Part shown: in pieces, positions 57,190-64,000 of the stretch
How the letters are laid out: each line of letters begins with the position of its first letter
How positions within the stretch are numbered: the stretch's first letter is position 1
Assembly: GCA_023213395.1 (NCBI GenBank)
Contig: CM041465.1
Coordinates: forward strand, 119,047,741 to 119,111,740
DNA from: Cycas panzhihuaensis
Taxonomy: Eukaryota > Plantae > Cycadophyta
Length of the DNA: 64,000 nucleotides
Direction of reading: 5' to 3'
The notes under the pieces: generated by a model
Told to the model about the DNA's origin: nothing
What the model saw: only the letters and a program-made list of their open reading frames with translations
Databases searched by the model: none
Made by a program: the position numbers and the translations under genes

Positions 57190-60100
57190 GATACATCCTC
57201 CCTCAAGGATAACTTCTCTAAGTCCCAACTTGGTATGAATGATTGTGAAGTAACCTTTAGTAAGTGGTTTGGTAAACATATATGCAAGCTGCTCTTCACT
57301 CTGACAAAAATTGACTTATAATTTTCTTATTTTGATATGTTCATGGATATAGTGGTGTTGAATCTTAATATGCTTCGTATGCGCATAAAACTCTAGTTTT
57401 TTTATAGATAAATAGTGCTTTGGTTATCAACAAAAATAGTTAGGGTACTATAAGATATGCCAAGGATATTTAAAAGTCCTTACAACCATACAACTTCCCT
57501 CATACCAAGAGTGAGTCTTTAATATTTAACCTCTATAGAAGATAATGTTATTATTTGTTACTTCTTCAACTACCATGATACACATTCATTATTCATACCA
57601 AAGATATATCTAATATTAGATTTTGTATCATCAAAGTCTCCTCCCCAATCTGTATTAGTATAGCCTTACAACTTTACATATCCATCATGAATGTACCATA
57701 GACTAGCATTAAGAGTTCCCTTCACATATTTCAAAATTCACTTTGTTATAACCTAATATGACTCTTGTGGATTCTACATATACCTGGAGACTAATTTGAT
57801 AGCATAAACAATGGTAGGCCAAGTATGAGTTAAATAGATTACACTTCTTACTGCTTGTCTATATAATGCTCCATTTATAATAGGCTTTCCCATATCTTTC
57901 TAGAGCTTTATGCCTTTAGTGTGTAGTGTTCAAATAGGCTTATAATCTTCCATCTTGAATTTCTCAAGAAGGTTCTTTATATACTTAGTTTATAACATAA
58001 TAATTTTGTCTTCCATCTACCTTACCTCAATGCCTAAGAAGTAATATAAAGGCTCAAGGTCTATCATGTCAGAGGTAGCTTCTAAATTAGATTTGACTTA
58101 TACAATAGTCTTATTATAATTGCCACTAATAATTAAATAATTAATATATAACATGATAACTATTATCAAAGTTCTCATCCTTTTAATATATAGATTTAGC
58201 TCCAAATATTTAGTAACAAACACTTCTTCTTTTATTCTAGTATCAATATTTGCATACCAAGCATATGGTGCTTATTTTAAGCCATATAGTGACTTCTTTA
58301 ATTGGCATATAAGATTCTCTTAACCTTTCTTAACTAAACCAAGAGATTGTGCTACATAAATCTCCTCTTTCAACTCTCCATTAAGGAATGTTGATTTTAC
58401 ATCCATTTGATAAAACTCCCAACCATAGTTCATTGTTAAAGAAAAGATCAAATAGATCATTGTCATCTTAAAGATTGGTGTAAATGTATCCTCATAGATG
58501 ATCCCTTCCTTCTACTTAAGCCCTTGAGAAATAAGTCTAGCCTTGTACTTGTCCACCTCTCTATTACAGTGGAGCTTAGTCTTGTAAACCCAATTGTAAC
58601 CAGCAAGGTTTTTCTTAGGAGGCATTGGAATTAACTCCCAAGTGTTATTTTTTATGAGAGAACTATATTCCTCCTCTATTGCACCTTTCCAATGAGGATC
58701 ATCTTTCACTTTATTAAACAAAGATAGGTCTAGAGAGTTTGTGGTATCCACCACTAAAGTCTAATTGGCATACTAGCTTCTTATTCTCTATTTATTTAAA
58801 AGATTTTATAATGTTACACTAAAGTCTTGAATCATTTTCCTGGCCTACAATGCTATAAAACCACCCAATGTTGAAGATGCCTTTACACATGACTACTTCT
58901 AATTATTACCTATACCACTTAGTCCTTATTCACTCTAAATCATAACTAGTTCATCATCCTTTATTACTGATGAAGCACCATTAGGAAATAGAAGTAGTGG
59001 GGGTAAAAGGATTCTTCAAATAATGACTTTTTAATATGATATGTTAAAGACTCACCAAATACTACATCCCACCTTATGGATCCCGTAGCCTATAAGCTTT
59101 ATTATGATTTAAGTACCTATAAAAATAGACTTTAAATTCTTGTAATCCAACTTCTTATAACTAACATCTAGAATATATGCATATGTATTACACCTAAATA
59201 TCTTCAAATAGTCAATGATAGGTTTATGATAAATCTATTTTCTTTAGGGGTTATGCCTACAAACTGATTTTAGCAATACTCTATTCAGGATATAAACAAT
59301 AATCCCAATAGCTTCTACCCATAATTGAGGTAGCAAGTCTTTAGCATACACTATACACCTTGCCATTTCTATTATGGTATGATTTTTTCTTTCTACAATA
59401 TTATTTTGTTGTGGGGTGTATGAGACTGTGAATTCTTATTTTATGCCATGACTTAGATAGAACCTATTAAAGCCATTATTATCATATTCCTTACTATTAT
59501 TACTCTTTAAAATTTTTATTTTATTATCACATTCATTCTCAATATGTACCTTCTATTCACAAAAGAAATCAAATACTTTAGACTTATTTTTCAAAAAATA
59601 TACCTAGGCTTTCTTGGTATAATCATCTATAAACATTAAAGTATAGCAAGTTCTAGATATGAAAGGGTTTGGAAGAGAACCCATTATATCATAATGCATG
59701 AGCTCTAGCTTCTCATTGGCTCTCTAAGCATGATCTAAAGCAAAAAGATATTGTTGATACTTCCTGTATATACACCTTTTCATTTACAAATTTCTTAAGT
59801 CGATAGAAGGCTCATTTTCATCTTAGGCACATAGTACCTACACTTTGAACTTTCCTCCTGTAAGAAAAATAAAGCCAACACCTTCAACAAGTAACACACT
59901 CACATCTCCAAGAATGATCTCAGCTTTGCTTTGACCAATATTCCATGCGTTGAAGTTTTTCTTCTAAAATGAAATATATTTTTTATGCTTCTGAATCCAA
60001 AATCCAATAGTCTCTTCAATTTGGCTTAGTTAACAAAATTGATACCCTAACACAAAAAGCTACAACACCCTTTCCTTTCTCATCTTTACTTGCTTTAGGC

Positions 60101-60780
60101 ATGCCTTGCCATTTAAATTAGTAGTTCTTCTCTTTTTTGTCATCCTTCTTATAGCAAGTACATCTTCCAACGAACTTCTTCTTCTATTAATTTTCTTCTC
60201 CTGACTTTTATGCTGACTACCCTTCTTGAATACATCTCTCCTATGTGTCTTCATGACTAGGGCTTGATTTGAATTAGAACCTCTGAGTAAGCTATGGTGT
60301 TTTAACTTAGCATCGTCGACTAGAATGAGACCTTTTATCTTCTTAAATGACTCATCTTCCATTACCTCATCTTTTACATAGATGGTCAAAATAATTCCAA
60401 ATATAGCTGGTAGTCTTAACATAATTAATACAAACAACATCTCATCATCAAGTGACCCTAACTTAATCTCTTCTATCTCATTACTCAAATTAGTTACTTT
60501 ATTTAAATAAGCACTTATGTTGCTTTTGTCTTCTATAATGGCATTTAGAAGCTCCATTATTAAAGCAACAAGGTAATTCATCTTCTTTTTCTCGAATGTC
60601 TCATATAACTTTGTCTATATTTAGTTTGGTTTATTTAGGTTGTGGACTATGGCTTTCTAATTTGGTGTCATGGATAGTTTCAATAGCCCAATAGTCATAA
60701 ATAATGTTTTCTCTTGACGAGTTTATTCTTTTGAATTTAATAGAACATAAAGGAGCCCATCCTTAGTGATTCTCCAAAGT
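57190..60780 (-). pseudogene. Copia gag-pol pseudogene with a deletion between PR and integrase
   Basis: Gag ORF 60060-60581; WILDSEA (~60000); LMFIDDYTKKA and TVSYTPQQN (59400-59640); EEEYSSLIKNNTWELIP..DKYKARLISQG (ORF 58512-58754); YQMDVKSTFLNG; GYTNTDWGGD; YAHTKHIKIQHH. Confidence 0.87.
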
Positions 60781-60781
60781 T

Positions 60782-60903
60782 GAAAATAACCTAATGCATC
60801 ATCCTCTCCATGAGAAATACGCTCGTACAAGTTGTAGTGACTCCTATTGAAAATAACCCGATGCATCATCCTCTCCATGAGAAATGCACTCATACAAGGT
60901 GTA
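60782..60903. repeat. ~55-bp direct repeat, period 67 bp, at the Copia gag start
   Basis: GAAAATAACC..ATGCATCATCCTCTCCATGAGAAAT..TACAAG.TGTA occurs twice. Confidence 0.85.
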
Positions 60904-63292
60904 CTTCACCAAACTTTTGGCATATAGTCTTATGGATAAAATAACCACTTCATTACTTATTCTTTATTTACTAGCATATATGCTAAGGTATTGGGGCTCA
61001 AGAATTTTTATCAATTATTTTAAAGATCATCAATATCGCTTGAAAAAAATCTTAAAAATTGCTTTAAACATAATAATTATAACGTACTAATAGTGAGCAT
61101 GGCATATAAATCTAAATCTATGATGAACACATCATAAATAGGCTCCAATTTTAAGAAATATCACCAAGTATCTAATGTGCATCATGAAAAGTGCTATGCA
61201 ATGGCGGAAAAAAGATAAAAATATAAATATTAATATTAGACTATGCCAAGAGGTATATTCTAAAGGTTGGTGGCTGTCTAAAAAGCCATGCAACTTTTCC
61301 AAAGCAATGTATGATTAAAAATAATTATAAAATTTGATATTTATGATAAATTAAGATTAATTAATCTTAATAACAGTAATATAGTTGTATATCCCAAGTG
61401 GCAACTCTAAGAAATGTCATGTGAAATACATCAACCTTCTGTGAAGAGACATAACTTGCATAGGTTATCCATAGTCTTTCAAATGATAATCTTCACCTTA
61501 GTTTTCTAAGAATCTACCAACCAACTATTGTTCATATCAATGAATGACTTTTATAGCCTTATGTTTTTATCTACAGCTCCATATGAAGGAAATAAACAAT
61601 CCAAAAAGGATAAAAGTTGTCCAACTTCAATATTTAATAGAAACTATCTTCTATAGATTTAGAGATTATCCAACACCTTTCTTATGGATAGAAAACCACC
61701 ATTCATGAATTTAATCTCACCCATAGGAAATGTATTACAATTTGCTAATGTTAAATAATAAATTTAATGCCCAATGATGTTGAATAACTCCAACCAATAC
61801 CTAACACTATTAGGTGAAGCCTAATGATGCTTAACACTACTACATCACCTACGAACTATGCCCTACTAGCTTTAAGAAGTGCCCAACACACCTCATCAGT
61901 TCTAAATGGCTCCAAAACAAGCCTAACTCAGTCTAAAATGTGTCCAAATCTAATTTTTAACCTTGAACAGTGCCACAACCTTATTGATAAGTGAAGTTCA
62001 CCTACTTAATCACCATTACTTATTATTTCACTCTTTTGATTATTGGAGAAGAATTAGAATTGATAAAACGCTACTCTGCTAATGTTACTTAACAACTTTT
62101 AATCTTATCGCGTCCACCTACTTATGTCTCAACTATGCATCCCATTCAACTCTGATACTATATGAAAAAATATATATGCATACATATCTTCTAAGCTATA
62201 AGATCTTGATTATGCATAACAAGTACAATAAAAAGTATAAGAAACATAATACACCAGATATACATGGGAAAACCTTTTCAGGTAAAAAATCTAGTATAAA
62301 AAATCGCTAAATCACATTGATTCTTGATTGGATAAATATACAATGGACTCTAGGATATTTATAATCCCCCAAGTAGTGGCAACCCTTAAAGGTTATGTTC
62401 CTTCACAAACTCTCACCTTTTTGTTAAACAATAACTAAATCACATTTAATATTAACATAAGTGTCTTAGAATTAACTACCACACTAATAACAACTTTACT
62501 TTCATGTGGTGTTTATTACTTGAAAGAGCTATGTATGAATGGTTTGGTCATTATACCTAGTTAAAGGGTTAATAAGTATGATAAAATGGTGACTTTTGTA
62601 TTAATCTAGATATTAGGTTAAGAGATTTATCTACTAAAGGCTAATTCTTAGGGCATTTATTACAAGGTGGTTGGAGCCCTTTTACCTTTAAATATATATC
62701 ATTTTCTTTCTGTTAACTTTCAAGAAGAGAAGGAGACCTTGAAAGTGGAAGCTAACACAAGATTAGTGGCTGGGTGGAGGAGAGATTCAGGATCTAGCTA
62801 TTAATTAGGAGGAGAGTTATAGCCCATCTCTTGATAGATGTCTACAACTCCTTTATATAAGTGCAATATTTTATGTTGTGTTTAGTGTGAAAATTGAATA
62901 ACATTCTGTTATACTTACTAATTTAAAACTTAAGTTTAATTACATAAGTAATGCTTTGGTTTAACAAGTAAAAATCTGATTATATTTGTATGCTTATAGT
63001 TGTTATATTTCGTACTAAACACTCAAATCTTTTTAGGGGAAGTCACTAGTCTAACTATAAAATGTGGTTTATCAAATGATATCTTCCCTTGTTTTGTAAA
63101 TGCATGCTACTCTTGAAGTAAACACCTTTGATGTGAACTTGTTAAAGCATCATTTTCAATAATTTATCATATATCATAGGACTGTCATAATTGGTTCATC
63201 ATGCTATGAGGCATGTTTGTGTCGATAGGTACCCTCATTGAATTTTGCTGAAGAGTCCACACTCAGGGTCACATCTACTTTCGTCAATAATA

Positions 63293-63313
63293 AGAAGAAG
63301 AAGAAGAAGAAGA
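63293..63313 (+). repeat. (GAA)7 microsatellite
   Basis: Seen directly. Confidence 0.85.
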
Positions 63314-64000
63314 AACAATAATCACTAGCTCGTAGTAACATAAAGCAATGAGCGGTAGGGTTGGTTTGTTACAATAATTTTAGCAATGAGCAATAAGGTT
63401 GCTTTGTTCCAGCAAACATCGAGACTTTAGTATTGAGACACAAACAATAACATGCTAGAACGAATGAGAGTAGACCACTTAGCGTGCTATATTTCATAGA
63501 GTTGCATATACATTGGTCGAGATGACCAAAAATAGGGGGTTGTTAAATGGTTCGAAAAGGGAGAGTCCTTCACGTCCAACACATAGGATGATATTTATAA
63601 GTCGATATGTATTCCTAAATATTTGTTTATATTTTAATGGTCGAAAACTGGATAAAGTTTTGTGTGTAGTTGGAAAAAAAGATCTATATTATATATGTTT
63701 GTTACGCACGACTACCTATCTATACTTGTAGATTGTCAAGTCTATTACTAGTATATTCCCAAAGACCCTTCACAGGGAAAGATGTAGAGGATCAACTAAT
63801 AGAGACAAAGTATGGAGGAATATTAGTTAAGAGGGCACATGAGGACAAGTCACATATGGACATGATGGGACTACAAACAACTCTTTATGTTTGTGAAGAA
63901 GTCTTAAGGAGTTAAGTTAAATGATATAAAGAAGCAAAAGACACTTTAGGTTCTACCCTCTATGGTTGCAAATAAGTTCCAAGAAAATTGAGTTAAATAG

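Larger units (their letters stand above)
56789..62489 (-). mobile_element. Decayed near-full-length Copia element
   Basis: LTRs 56789-57113 and 62161-62489; TSD GCAAC/ACAAC; PBS ACTCTGATACTA at 62149-62160; PPT (TCCCCCCTT on +) at 57114. Confidence 0.9.

Noticed and set aside
56325-63482. Solo LTR ending at CA 63477 with TSD CTTAG
   Set aside because: A 5-bp match is easily chance, there is no terminal inverted repeat, and 63200-63477 differs in composition from the decayed LTR.
63670-63915. Host gene exon (81-aa ORF)
   Set aside because: No recognisable protein motif; kept only as part of a low-interest finding.

Overview
Plant nuclear heterochromatin (very AT-rich, CpG-depleted; a heavily methylated gymnosperm-type genome is my inference) made almost entirely of nested, decayed LTR retrotransposons. 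I see no intact host gene, RNA gene or CRISPR array. Left to right: (1) 5' end of a minus-strand element (LTR 515-760) and a 3-kb gag-only element (879-3891, TSD ATAAC), both inserted in the Gln-rich gag of a + strand Copia (761-8098). (2) Gypsy and Copia fragments (8.1-13.9 kb). (3) A + strand Copia (14493-40548) carrying a solo LTR that ends in five tandem 35-bp tRNA-iMet PBS units (17547-18053) and a 20.4-kb Tat-like Gypsy (19232-39647). That Gypsy has ~3-kb LTRs with a large internal microsatellite, gag-protease, an intron-containing antisense ORF and an archaeal-type RNase H, but no RT or integrase. It in turn holds a deleted Gypsy with a chromodomain-like tail (24709-27349) and a second copy of the gag-only element (34220-37230, TSD ATTAC). 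(4) A second Copia gag fragment and a 3.6-kb LTR element flanked by a ~97-bp duplication instead of a 5-bp TSD (46151-49790). (5) A minus-strand Copia (56789-62489) inside another LTR, then a CpG-retaining stretch near 63.2-63.7 kb. All coordinates and alignments were read by eye and no searches were run.
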